Part shown: piece after piece, positions 28,142 to 43,513 of the stretch | How the letters are laid out: every line of letters starts with the position of its first letter | How positions within the stretch are numbered: the stretch's first letter is position 1 | Source: Octopus vulgaris | Lineage: Eukaryota | Assembly: GCA_951406725.2 (NCBI GenBank) | Contig: OX597837.1 | Location: forward strand, 496,001 to 560,000 | Reading direction: 5' to 3' | DNA: 64,000 nucleotides | The notes under the pieces: model-generated | Seen by the model: only the letters and a program-made list of their open reading frames with translations | Database searches by the model: none | What the model was told of the DNA's origin: nothing | Position numbers and translations under genes: made by a program

Positions 28142-30643
28142 CTGCTCAATCGAAGTCGACTCTCGGTTACTCGATGGATCAGTGTCCTCCAGTCAGTTCT
28201 ATCCTGGGCCGCTTCCTTCAGATTGGCCATGTCCATTCCGGTATCATTCTTGATGGTGTCAAGCCAGCGGGTTCTTGGCCGGCATCTTCCTCTCTTGCCA
28301 CTGACCATTCCGAGCATGATGTCCTTCTTCAGGGATTTTCTCCGCATAATATGACCGAAATATGTCAATCTATGCTCGGTGATTCTAGCGTCTAGGGACA
28401 GTTTCGGCCTGATTTCGTTAAGAACTTCTCCATTGGTGAGCCTCGCTGTCCATGGAATCCGTAAAAGTCTTCTCTAACTCCAAAGCTCGAATGCATTTAT
28501 TGTCTTATGGTCAGCTTTCTTTAGTGTCCAGGTCTCGCATCCATATTTTGCTACTGGGAAGACAATTGAATTCACCAATCTGCATTTGATAGTGAGTCTG
28601 ATGTCTCTACTCTTCCAGACCCTGCTCATGCTGACCATTGCCTCTCTGCCTAGTAGTATTCGACGTCTAATTTCTGGAGTGCAGTCACCATCTCGATTTA
28701 TTTTGGAGCCAAGGAAGATGAAATCATCAACCACTTCGATCTCTTCATTATCGATCTTGATACTGATGTTTGTTGTGGCTGCTGTTGACATGGTCTTCGT
28801 TTTCTTAACATTGAGGTACAGTCCAAATTTCTCACTCTCTTTCTTGACCAGCAGGACAAGATCCTCCAGATCCTTACTACTCTCCGCCAGCAGGGTTGTA
28901 TCGTCTGCATAGCGAAGGTTATTAATATTTCTTCCTCCAATCCTCACTCCAATGCTGCAATCCTCCAGGCCTGCATTCCTCATGACCTTTTCAGCGTATA
29001 TGTTGAAGGCTGCTGGTGACAGGATGCAACCTTGCCGGGTGCCTTTTCCAATCTCAAACCAATCAGTGTCGCCATATGCTGTCCGCACTGTAGCCTCTTG
29101 CTTTCGATAGAGTGATCTAATACGCTGGACAAGGTGTAAAGGTGTTCCCATTTCCTCCAGACATTTCCATAACTTGTCATGATCAATGCTGTCAAAGTCT
29201 TTGGAGTAATCGATGAAACATGTACAGCTTCTTTTGGTATTCTATTGCCCTTTCCATAATCCACCGTAGGTTGGCGATGTGATAGCGGGTGCCTCTTCCT
29301 TTGCTGAAACCAGCTTGCACCTCTGGCAATTCTCTCTCAATAGTTGTGTTCAGGCGTTTCTGGATGATTTTAAGGAGAATTTTGCTTACATGGGGGATCA
29401 GGGTGATGGTACGGTAGTTTGCGCAGTCCTTTTCTTTGGTATTGGGATGAAAACTGACCTCTTCCATTCCCTTGTCCACTTACAGGTTCACCGTATTCGT
29501 TGGCAAAGCGATGTTAGTGTTTTTGTTGGTATTGGCTTGTGTAATCTTAGTGGAATACCATCAGTACCTGGGGCTTTTCGGTTGGCCAGCTGTTTCATTA
29601 CCCATACCACCTCATCCTCCAGGATGTCTGGCTCCAGTTCCAGTTCCAGTGGCTTCTCTTCTGCATGTTCATCGAGGTTGTTCCCTGCGTACAACTGTTC
29701 AGTGTACTCTTTCCATCTTTTGCTAATCCCTTCTTGGTCATGCAGTTCTTCACCATTTCTCCCTCGGATGGTTGCTTGTCTGGCCATGAATGCTGTACGG
29801 GTCTTCTTTACATGTTGGTAAAGTTCTCTCATGTTCCCTTTCCTGTATGCCTCTTCTGCCCTTGCACATTCCTCATTCCAGTATTTCTCTTTGTCCTTCC
29901 TGGTGGCCTGTTGGAACATTGCATTCAGTCGCCGCACTTCATCCCTGCTTCTGGTCATCTTTGCTCTCCTTCTTTCTTCTGCTATTGCAATAGTCTCCTC
30001 CGAAATCCACTTTGCTGATCGTATGGGTTTCTTGTACAGTACATGTTTCTCTGCTGTTTCAACGACAATTTCCTTCACCTTCTCCCATATTTCTTCTGCT
30101 TCTTGATTCTCTTCGATGGCGAGCAGTTCGAAACGGTTTCTGATCTCAGCGGCATATGATGGACTGATCTTGTTGGTATCAAATTTCAGGCAAGCGGGTG
30201 GTCGCTTGACGCTGCAGAGTCGCATCTTGATCTTGGCAACCAGAACTTTATGGTCAGATTCACAGTCTGCCCCAGGGAACGTCTTCACAGCTTGGACTGA
30301 ACTCTTCCACTGTTGCTGACATAGGATGTAGTCGATTTGATTGCGGTACTGTCCACTTGGCGACGTCCAGGCGTATAGCCGTCTCCTTGGTTGCCGAAAC
30401 CAAGTATGTTTTGTTCTTGACAAAATTGGACCAGTCAGTCTCCTGCTTCATTCCGTTCTCCTAATCCAAATTTGCCAACAATGTCTGCTGCTGCCCTTTC
30501 TCCAATTTTGGCATTGAAATCTTCCAGAATATATACAATATCTGCTCGTGGTGTTTTCTCGATTGCTCCCTGAATTTCTGCATAGAATTGTTCAATCTCC
30601 TCTTCTTCGACGTCGGCATTCGGTGCGTAGATTTGTAGCAATG
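28141..30643 (-). mobile_element. RTE-clade LINE (APE C-terminal part plus RT), frameshifted
   Basis: EDFNAKIG, NQIDYIL, SDH, KAPGTDGIP, NYRTITL, QAGFSKGRGT, RQGCILSP, LRYADD across several frames. Confidence 0.92.
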
Positions 30644-30693
30644 GGTTGTCAAGCAATGCTAGGGGGACAAACACAGACACACAAACACACACA

Positions 30694-30733
<40 letters not shown>

Positions 30734-30913
30734 TACATATACATATATACGACAGGCTTCTTTCAGTTTCCGTCTACCAAATCCACTCACAAGGCATTGG
30801 TCAGCCCGGGGTTATAGCAGAAGACACTTGCCCAAGATGCCACGCAGTGGGACTGAACCCGGAACCATGTGGTTGGTTAGCAAGCTACTTACCACACAGC
30901 CACTCCTGCGCCT
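30644..30913 (-). mobile_element. SINE family A, 5' two-thirds, joined directly to the RTE
   Basis: Near-identical to 13576-13801; the SINE tail is missing at the RTE junction. Confidence 0.85.
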
Positions 30914-31992
30914 ATATTCATTTTATTTTTATTTTTACCTTTACTTTTTTATATTTGTCTATTAGGCTTTTTCGGTAGATTTTGAATTTTTAGCCGTTTA
31001 TATTTAACATTGTTGTAGGCCGTTCTATTTGTATTTTATTCGATTATATATTTTTACCTTCTGTGATTTTATGTATATGTATTATTTTTATGTGTTTGTG
31101 AACTATGGTGATTTTTATATATGATTAAATGTTTGAGGGGGGGGGGTTGTATGTAAAGTCGTTCACCCAAATTTAATGTTCTTTAACCAATGCTTCTTTA
31201 TCTTCGTCTCATTTATACTTGAGCACTTCTTTTGCAGTCCTATAAACCCTTTAGTTTCTGCTAGAAGAGACAAATATTATTTCTTGTTGTATATATATAT
31301 AAATATAGATGTACATATACATTTATGTTTTGGATAAGTTTATTTCTTCCTATAGGCATAATAACACCTTTACAACAATCACTACCACCCCCACAACGAC
31401 GATGACCACCACCACCACCGTTATTTCCATCACCCACCGTTATCAATCCATTATCTTTCATGTTATCAAGAGAATGTTCAAGAATTGTAGAGTTACAACG
31501 GTGAACAACAGGTGGTGCCTTAATGGCGATGGTGGTTGTGGCACAGATACAGGGTAGTAGTGGTGGAGGTAGTGTGGGCGTGATGAGGATAATTGTGAGG
31601 GCAGTGGTGGTGGTGATGGTGCTGGTTGTGATGAGGATGATGATGATATTTTTTTCGTCTATAGAATCTTTCTAACCAGAAAATACCTACACACTGTTTA
31701 TCGTTCAGCATCAACATCCCAGCATCACTAAATATACCCAGTTAACATTCATACTCAACACATCCCCCCCTCACACACACTGTGTGTACTCACACAACCT
31801 CTACACAACCAGCTTATCCAGTCGAAATTTTTATCCAGTTCATTTTATACACACTGTATCTATCCTATCAGAATCTAGATCCATTTCGCATATACACACC
31901 ATATCTTCTGCGCCATTTAACGTCTCGAGAACTGCTGGTAGCCATCAACCACTTCAATACAAATTTATACACGCACAGAAACACTTCCATGC

Positions 31993-32032
<40 letters not shown>

Positions 32033-32624
32033 ATATATATGTGTATATATAAATATATATATACATAATACATATGTATATGCTCATGCACATATATATG
32101 TGTTTGTGGATATGTATATGACGTGCGAGTACATAAATATCAATGTTGATATACAATTATATGGATGCACACACACACACACATCGATACATACACACAC
32201 GCGTGTTAAACATTGCTAAACAAATATACATACATCATTGTTAGATAATTCAACGATGAGGAGGGGGACCTGCAGTAAATTATCTGAAATTCAAGAACTG
32301 ATTAACATAATTGATTGGACAGGGAATAATTAAAAGCAAATGATCAACATGATTGGCGTCATCATTACGTCTTCACCATCTTCCTCCTCTTCCTCCTCCT
32401 CCTGTTTCTCATCCTCTTTCTCCTCCTCCTCCTGTCCATCATTATCACAACCCTCACCACCAGCCCCAACACCATCATTGTCGTCCACCTCCTTCTCGTC
32501 ATTATCAACATCATCATCATCATTACAATGATGACCATCATCAGTGTTCATCACGATTTTCCCACAAATGGATCAGGCAAATTTTCTTCAAATCGCACCT
32601 TTCTAGACAAGACATTTAACTAAA

Positions 32625-32760
32625 GCAAGCGGCGAGACTCCAGCTTGTGGGGTTGGGAATTTTGGGGAGTATGGTGTTACTCCCTAGTCACAGCTACTCC
32701 TAGATTCACTCTGGCCCACGGTGGTAGTACCTGTGAGGCGCTCCTGTATAGATAAATTAT
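32625..32760 (+). mobile_element. Decayed SINE-like domain (related piece at ~59800-59900)
   Basis: ctcctagattcactctggcccacggtggtagtacctg resembles ttccctggtctactttaatccgaagtaatagc; weak. Confidence 0.35.
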
Positions 32761-33448
32761 CATAAGATATCACTGCAGCTAAAATATACAGGACTTGCAA
32801 AATGGCCCACCGATATATCGCCATGTCTTGATGTCCAGGAATGACTCTCCCTGCTTAAGAGTTAATTGGGCCTTGCTTCTTAAGGGCAAGTAGAGACAAG
32901 TAGAGGAAACGTTAAATAAACCAGCAGAAGGGAACAGGATGCCATTTGCTCTATCCTTCCCAAGAAAAATTATGGATCTGCAGAAATTGGATTGACGGTC
33001 CGAGATCACCGGGGCCTGTAGGCATGGTACATGGAAAGAGAAATAGCAAGAAAAAGCGAGCGAGCGAGCGAACGAGAGGGAGCGCGCACGAGAGAGAGAT
33101 AAATAAAGAGAGAAAGAGAGAGAGCAAAGGAGAGCGAGAGAGAGACAGCAATGGAGAGGGAGTGGGAGAGTATTGTAACGTAATTACTCGCCACCAATTA
33201 TTGTAGCATCGCCATTAGTTATGACGATACTTACTTACACTATGACCGTGTAGTAACAATAAAATATATAAGGAAGCAGAGTAACAACAACGTAACAATC
33301 CAAGAAAATCTCCACGAACTATACACCAACCAACTGCCGATATTACGACACCTTACGACTTCTTGCGATTAACTCACTCAGACCTCTACTATTATAGTCT
33401 CTTGGTCTAGTCTGTTCTCACAGGGGTTGTCGTGACCCTCGGTACAGC

Positions 33449-33482
<34 letters not shown>

Positions 33483-34000
33483 CAAAGGAGAGGGAGAGGG
33501 AAAGAGAGAAATAGAAAGAGAGAGAGATGAGGGAGAGAGAGATATCTACTGTCTGAAAAACGGAATGACACATTTTATAATGTAGTCCTACTTACACTTT
33601 ACCTGACTGTATGACGGTGTTGTCATACATGGAACATGCTTGATCATGGAACCACTGGATTAAAGCCAGCTTGGGGTTAAATAGTAACACCAATGAGAGA
33701 TACATTCGATAACGTTGTTCAAGATACACGAAGCCTGAGTATAAGATGGTGTGGTCATATATGGATCAGCTTTGATCACGGAACAGTTTGAGGTTGATTG
33801 TTATTATCGTTGGGGTTGTTTAGCCCCAGGTTAGGCTTGCTCCAGCATTGTTATGATCAAGCAAACCAACCGTGACCATCACGCTTCAGAGGATATTGTA
33901 CCTCGGATCGCATTATCTGATGTGGTCTTCTTTCTTTAATATGTAATTAACAGATTTATTTGCTTTTTTCTATCAAGACGAGCGACAACTGAAAAGCAAC

Positions 34001-34215
34001 CGGTGAGCTTATAGAATGGTTAGCGCGTCGGACAAAATGCTCAGTACATTACTTCCGGCTCTTTACTTTCTGACTTCAAATTCCACCAAGTTTGCCTCCC
34101 ATCTTTCCAAGGTTGATAAAATTTGTGCAGAGTGTGTGTGTGTGTGTGTGTGGGGGGCGATTAAGTTGTTTTACGCCCCCCCTAAAAAGTGCTGGCCTTG
34201 TGCCAAATTGTAAAC
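34001..34215 (+). mobile_element. SINE family B, decayed
   Basis: cggtgagct...gttagcgcgtcgg...ttcaaattcc...gctggccttgtgccaaa. Confidence 0.7.
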
Positions 34216-34850
34216 GAATCATAATAAAAGTGATTAGTGTGTGGTAGGGGTTGATGACGTAAAGAGGTCTGTAGCAGTAGGGTGGGGATAATTGTGGTGG
34301 TAATAGATGTGATGGTGATGGTGGACGGGGAGAGGGTGGAGGGGGATCATAATGGTTCTAAAGGTGACTGCAAGGTGTTGGCGTTGGTAGTGAGGATGGT
34401 GGTGGAGGGTGAGAGCAGAGATGATGGTGGTTGTAGTAGCTGTAATAGTGGATTGATAGTGGTGGTGGTAGTAGTAACTGGTGGTCGTCGACGTTTTCAT
34501 AGTAGTTGTGGCTGCAGCGGTGGCGTTGATGGTGGTGATGGTGGTGGTAGTAGTAATTGTCGAATATTCTTTAAGAAACTTGTTAGCTCAGTTTTATTGA
34601 TCGGAGAGAAAAGAAAAACAAAAAAAATCGAAAGCATCAACAACGAGAATATCAACAACAACAACAATACTAATAACATCTTATCATCATCATCAACAGC
34701 AGCAACAACAGCATCATCAAGAATGAGAATCCCAACGAAACCATTTCAGGTAGTCAAAGGTCTTCACAAAATTAACTTTCTAAAATTTAATTTGATTTTG
34801 CTTTTGACAAGCGTATACGTATTTGTGTGCGCATGCGTACCGTATGCGTG

Positions 34851-34902
<52 letters not shown>

Positions 34903-35933
34903 CACACACACTATGTGTGTGTGTGCGCGTTTATGCGTGTGTATATAATGCTGCTGTTAAATAAATATATTCAGAGAGATTTCTGACAAAACAAATAGCT
35001 TATAGCGGGGTGTATAAGTACACACATCACAAACTGAACAGAAGCTCTTTAATACACACACATACATACAAGCAGGCGAAGGCATGTATATAAACATATT
35101 GCAATTTGTATATATACAAACATGACCCAACGTACACAAACATTCTGTACTTCATACACAGGAAAACACAAGAATTAGATAAGTTAAAAATTTATATAAA
35201 GAATTTTTGTCATCCTTTACACACCAATGTATTTACGTATTTGTACACACATAATATATGCTGTCAACATACATGTAAACACACCTTATGCAAAAATGAT
35301 AAAGACGTCACTTTCTAATCATGGGTTTGAGGGTTCGATCGCAATCTCTGCATCATGGATAGCTACCATAGTCTCGTGTGGACGCTTGCGAATCAGTCTA
35401 GGTTGAAGAAAAACTGCTTGAAAGCGCCTCGATTATATTTGGATCTGAATTGATTGTCAGTTTCTCAGACCACCTTCACAAGATCATAAAGCATACTGCA
35501 TTGACCAAGATGAAAAAAGAAAAGAACCGTCCCATAGTTGGTGGTTATTTGAAGATCAGGAACAACGTCCTTGCCCTACTAAGTGAACCATAAACAAATA
35601 TGTAAACGTCTACAGTAGCGAAGAGAAGTAGAGGCAAACCAAGGCAACCGTCATTGAGTCGTCTTTCGTAAAGGGGAGGTTATTTATGAACAGGATACTC
35701 GTCCAAGGGGAGACTATCAAGATTAAACCAGAAGCTGTTAGGCCCATGATACTTCTTAAAAATGCTTCTCATCTCATGTGTCAGCCATTTTGGAAGAGAC
35801 GAAGGATTATTTTAAGTTCAACCTCAGGCATTGATCAGACGCCAGCTACGGCGGCAGCTTTATAACAGATCTAACATTTATATCATTGCGATTTCACAGA
35901 TTGATAACTCCTATTTCCACTACTTGTTAATGC

Positions 35934-36003
<70 letters not shown>

Positions 36004-36211
36004 GCATATGTGTATGTGTGTATGTGTGAATGTGTGTGTATGCATATATATGTATGTAAATGTGTATATGTATATATACATATATATGTAGGTATGTACA
36101 CATATGTATGTATATATGTATATATATATATGTGTATATATTTATTATTTATATATACATATACGTATATATATATACACATACATACATGTAGATATAT
36201 TGATATATACG

Positions 36212-36254
<43 letters not shown>

Positions 36255-36682
36255 ATATATATATATATACACACACACATACATACATACATACATCTAC
36301 ATATATTGATATATCCGAACATATATATATATATATATACAACTTACATACACGTAACATGTATATTATATCAATATGCAATATTAATACGTTCACCCTC
36401 CCCTCACACACATATATATATATGTATGTACACACATACGTCCAAATATGTCAATGGAAGTAATGTCTTATTAAAAATAGTATCGTTACTCCTACAATTA
36501 TCTCCTCGTTTTACCATATTTTGTCCTTGTGACAACTGGGTCACCAAGCTTTTACAGAATGGGTTAATGAAAACCGCAAGCTTTCCGTTAATTACATTGT
36601 GATCCAGAAAAGCGGAAAATTACAATATATATATACGTACATGCACACACAACACCCCAGCATAGACATTATGTATATATAC

Positions 36683-36758
<76 letters not shown>

Positions 36759-37118
36759 GTATGTATGAAGTTCACAATGTGTGATGTAATTTAGTTGAGT
36801 TAAAGCGAGTCAGAGATAGAATTATGTTATTTCTATGCTTGCCATTTACTACGGCTCACTTGGTTCTGTTGGAAGCATGGATATATTTGTGCTTATATTA
36901 ATATGTATGTATACACAGCTATGTGTATAAATGAGTATATGCCAACATACATTTATGTATAAATACATATACGGCCATATATGTATATATGCATATTATG
37001 TGTATCTGCATATCTGCTTATAAGAGTGCATGCATATATGCCTCTATGGATAGATGTATATATATATGTTTATATACATGTGTGTAAATATACATACGTA
37101 AATGCGCGCGCGCGCAGA

Positions 37119-37163
<45 letters not shown>

Positions 37164-37974
37164 GTATATATATATGTACTTTTATTTGTATTGACATATA
37201 AGCTTATCTCTCTCACTGCCTCTCTCTCTCTCTCTCTCTCTCTCTTTACACACGCAGATACGCACAAACATCATCTCGCGCGCACATATGCATACAGAAA
37301 GCGAAATAGTGAGAAGGAGAAGGTGTGAGTCACAGATATATACGTAGAACAGGTACATATATGCCCATATATGTTTCTGTCTATATACATGTGCATATAC
37401 ATACATACACGCATACATTCATACATATATATATATACAAATACATACTCGCGCCCACATAGACGCACTTTTCATCTGAATATGCGTGAGGACGTATACA
37501 ATTATTTGTCGGGGTGCATCTTAGGTTACTACACAGACACAAACTGGCACAATTGACACACACTCACGCTCATAAAGACATGTATAATTACTTTTATACG
37601 TACATATATATGCGTACATACACACATTTATATACATATATATATATGCGACAGTATACACATGTTACCCCTAATATTAGTTAATGTTTTTTTATATATT
37701 TTACGCTAATGTATATGTTTTGCTGCATATATTATATACACCATCTCCTCCACTAAACAAACGAATACGCCATATTTTTCTATATACCATCTATGTATGT
37801 CGGTATGTCTCTTCTATTTTTTTAAATTATTATAAATCTGCCGGTTTCCAACAAAGATACAGAGCTCCATCTTTAAGATGTAGTTAACACGGACAAATTC
37901 ACGTTTGGAACTTGAGAAAACTCATGCGTTTTACTGTTCCACTCAATTTCTCTTTCCGAAAATCCCAGTTTATC

Positions 37975-38460
37975 CAGAATCTTCTTTAAGCATTTGCTAA
38001 CAAAACCTAGTGCTCCAATTAATATTGGTATGTATATGAATTTATAGTCTGGATATAGAAGCTATAGGTATCGAAGCAGTTGTACATAGATATTCTCTTT
38101 TCTTTGATTTTGAAAGAGATAATTATATCTGCAGGGTAGTTGATCTCTATGATGGTACATACCCGTATCCATCTGTCCCAAACAACAATATCTGGCATGT
38201 TATGTTTACATTTGACAGACGTTTTGATGGGAATGTTCCACCAGTATTCATTGAGTTGGTGTTTATGAATGTTTTCTAAGTTTATTTCAGGTTTGTGCGG
38301 GTGTCATTGTAAATTGTTTTAGCAACAACATCGTACCGCATAGGGAGGCAATACCGTGACGACATTTTAGGACAGCCGCTATTCACATGCGTAATGTCTT
38401 CCACAGAAACACGATATAGCCTACACATGCGATTGCACCTTGGGATTACAAGAGCGTCAC
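37975..38460 (-). pseudogene. Decayed R4-like CCHC/REL fragment
   Basis: Minus strand: [64 protein letters not shown]. Confidence 0.7.
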
Positions 38461-38944
38461 TGTCCTTCTATGTATGTATGTATGTATGTATGTATGTATG
38501 TATGTATGTATGTATGTATGTATGTTTGTATGTATGTTTGTATGTATGTATGTATGTTTGTATGTATGCATGTCATTATTCAGTTTATTTCAAGATTTCT
38601 TGCCAATAGAGAAAGATCCGGTTTCTAAGCTAGATCCTAGGCTCCTTCATTAGAATTTCATCAACAACAGGGTATTTTTGTTTGTTTGTTTGTATGTATG
38701 TATGTATATGGGAAGATATGCATGTTTTGCTTTAGATATGTATTCTCATGTATATAGTTACATATCTAGACATGTTCATATATATATTTAAATGATAAAC
38801 TTCTGGAAAGTTCAATGACTTTTACAGTTCCAGTGATAGATTGGATCTGTTGTTTTTCTAGTTTTGAGAAGCCTAATTTCTCAAGATTGGTATTTAGGCA
38901 GTGTGTTACATATCCTAGGGCCACAATTATGTATGTATGTATTT

Positions 38945-39360
38945 ATGTTTGAAGAGGCCAGGATGTAAGACTCAACAGAGATTTAAAGAATGTTACGATC
39001 GAGAAGGTGAATCACAATGACAATTTTGTGTGCACAGTCTGGGCGCAAATAACATCTACGAACCCATGGAAAACAAACCTCCATCAATTATTCTACCTAC
39101 ATATACCTGTGCACACCTTTCAATGCAATGTATGTCATAAGGTCTGCAAATCGAACGGAGGCCTCAAAAGTCATTTTAAGATCCACAAAGATCAGAATTT
39201 ATCTGCAGCTTTTGATGGTCCAAATCGTATATGCAATCTATGTTAGTGACTTTTTAAAACATTATCTGGTTTAAAAAGCCACATCAGACGCCATGAGGGA
39301 TCTAAGTGTAATTACAGGGGTTGGACAGACTCTGCATATGGAATAGACGACCACCAAACA
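38945..39360 (+). pseudogene. RTE-like LINE 3' end with tandem C2H2 fingers, decayed
   Basis: FQCNVCHKVCKSNGGLKSHFKIH, then RICNLC**..LSGLKSHIRRH with stops; compare the GLISH finger of the RTE at ~55357-55420. Confidence 0.5.
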
Positions 39361-39608
39361 CATATATGTGTGTATAGCTGTGATGCATACATACACGTAT
39401 ACATAGATACACATATACAGGCAAACATCGTTAAACGTTCTGGTACCGGGATTCGGAGGTTGTAAAATTTCAAGGATGCTGAACATTTCTTTACGGAAGA
39501 GACGAGAAAATATTATCACGACACTTTTACATAGGTGCATACGGGTGTGTATGTGTGATTATACTTATGGATTAGTGCCTCTGTGTGTGTATATATATGT
39601 AAATATAT

Positions 39609-39690
<82 letters not shown>

Positions 39691-39699
39691 ATATATGTA

Positions 39700-39730
<31 letters not shown>

Positions 39731-39744
39731 ATATATGTATATAT

Positions 39745-39775
<31 letters not shown>

Positions 39776-39851
39776 GTATTATATATATATATGTATATAC
39801 TTTGATACTTTATATATATCAGGCCATTCTATATAGCATACCTGGTATATG

Positions 39852-39882
<31 letters not shown>

Positions 39883-39912
39883 GTATATGTATATATATGT
39901 ATATATATATAT

Positions 39913-40313
39913 CAACAATTGAGGGTAAAATTATTTAGTTATTAATCAATTTCACCAAGTAGTGTTCAGTATGTAAAAGGACCATTTAAGGCGAATTCAA
40001 AATATTATATTATATAATTAGGGCTCAGTAAAATAAATTACTTTGCCACATACTGAACTTTCTAGAAATAGCAGCCAAAAAGTTTTTTAGCCATTTCCAC
40101 CACTTTAAGAAAATTTCTCTCGAGAGAAATTTTCTTAAAGTGGTGGAAATGGCTAAAAAACTTTTGTTATTTCTAGAAAGTTCAGTATGTGGCAAAGTAA
40201 TTTATTTTACTGAGCCCTAATTATAATATAATATTTTGAATAAATGGTCCTTTACATACTGAACACTACTTGGTGAATTGATTAATAACTAAATATTTTA
40301 CCCTCAATTGTTG
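39913..40313. repeat. TA-flanked spacerless palindrome, ~200-bp arms, centre 40121/40122
   Basis: aaatttctct-cg-agagaaattt at the centre; the right arm carries several small deletions. Confidence 0.9.
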
Positions 40314-40337
40314 ATATATATATATACATATATATAC

Positions 40338-40390
<53 letters not shown>

Positions 40391-40430
40391 GGTGGTGCTA
40401 TGTATATATATATATATGTATATATATATA

Positions 40431-40464
<34 letters not shown>

Positions 40465-40473
40465 GTATGTATA

Positions 40474-40516
<43 letters not shown>

Positions 40517-40554
40517 AATTAATGTAAATATGTATATATATATATATATGTATG

Positions 40555-40585
<31 letters not shown>

Positions 40586-40732
40586 ATGTATATGTATATA
40601 TATATATATATGTATGTATATGTATATATATGTATGTATGTATATATATATATATGTATGTATATGTATATATATGTATGTATATGTATATATATGTATG
40701 TATATATATATATGTATATATATATATGTATG

Positions 40733-40772
<40 letters not shown>

Positions 40773-40803
40773 TATATGTATGTATATATATGTATATATA
40801 TAT

Positions 40804-40837
<34 letters not shown>

Positions 40838-41077
40838 GTATGTATATATATATGTATATATATATATGTATGTATATATATGTATATATATATATGTATG
40901 TATATATATGTATATATATATATGTATGTATATATATGTATATATATATATGTATGTATATATATGCATATATATATGTATGTATATATATGTATATATA
41001 TATGTATGTATATATATGTATATATATATATGTATATATATATATATGTATATATATATGTATATATATATATGTAC

Positions 41078-41339
41078 GTTTAAATATTTGTTGCGCAAGA
41101 TTTTTTATGTCAAGTCGTGTGTTGAAACAGATATTGTTATATTTCGGAATGGTCATATTGCCAGTTTAGCCAATAAAAACACACGCACTATATATTTGGT
41201 GTTATTTTGCTTCAGTGATGTTTATTTTTTTACATTAATCTATATATACATTATGTATATATATATATATGTATGTGTATATGTGTATATATGTGTGTAT
41301 ATATATATATATGTATATATATGTATGTGTATATGTGTA

Positions 41340-41432
<93 letters not shown>

Positions 41433-41917
41433 TTCGATTAGTTTTATTATTATTATTATTACTAATATTGTTGTTATACATACATACAAGCATATGTAAT
41501 GATAATAATGGGTGGATGTAAACACATTAACAAAATTAGAACAAAAGCAACAACAACAAAGACAAAATACAAATTACAAGAATGTATATAAACAGAAGAT
41601 ACAAATATTACAGGCATCCCTCCCACACACACACTAAATAAACATAGACGCACATAGAGATATAAGCATGCGCAAATGAAGACATACAATAGAAATACAA
41701 AATGGCTGACGGTTAGTAAGGAGAGACACAAATAAGTGAGAAGAAAACAAAGGACCACTGATGCGGTCACAGGAGTGTGACGAAAGAACTTTGGCCGAAA
41801 TAAGATTAACATTAATGTAAAAAATAAATATCACTGAAGCAAAATAACACTAAATATATAGTGCGTGTGTTTTTATTGGCTAAACTGGCAATATGACCAT
41901 TCCGAAATATAACAATA
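41078..41917. mobile_element. PLE-like non-coding element with inverted terminal copies and an HHR variant
   Basis: 41133-41238 is the reverse complement of 41811-41917; HHR-like motif at 41752-41796. Confidence 0.7.
41752..41796 (+). ncRNA. HHR-like motif, core CUGAUGC (A9C)
   Basis: ggacca CTGATGC g GTCACA ggag TGTGAC GAAA G aa C TT tggcc. Confidence 0.5.

Positions 41918-43513
<1,596 letters not shown>

Noticed and set aside
39007-39300. Host C2H2 zinc-finger gene exon
   Set aside because: In-frame stops, no TGEKP linkers, and the GLxSH finger type matches RTE C-termini
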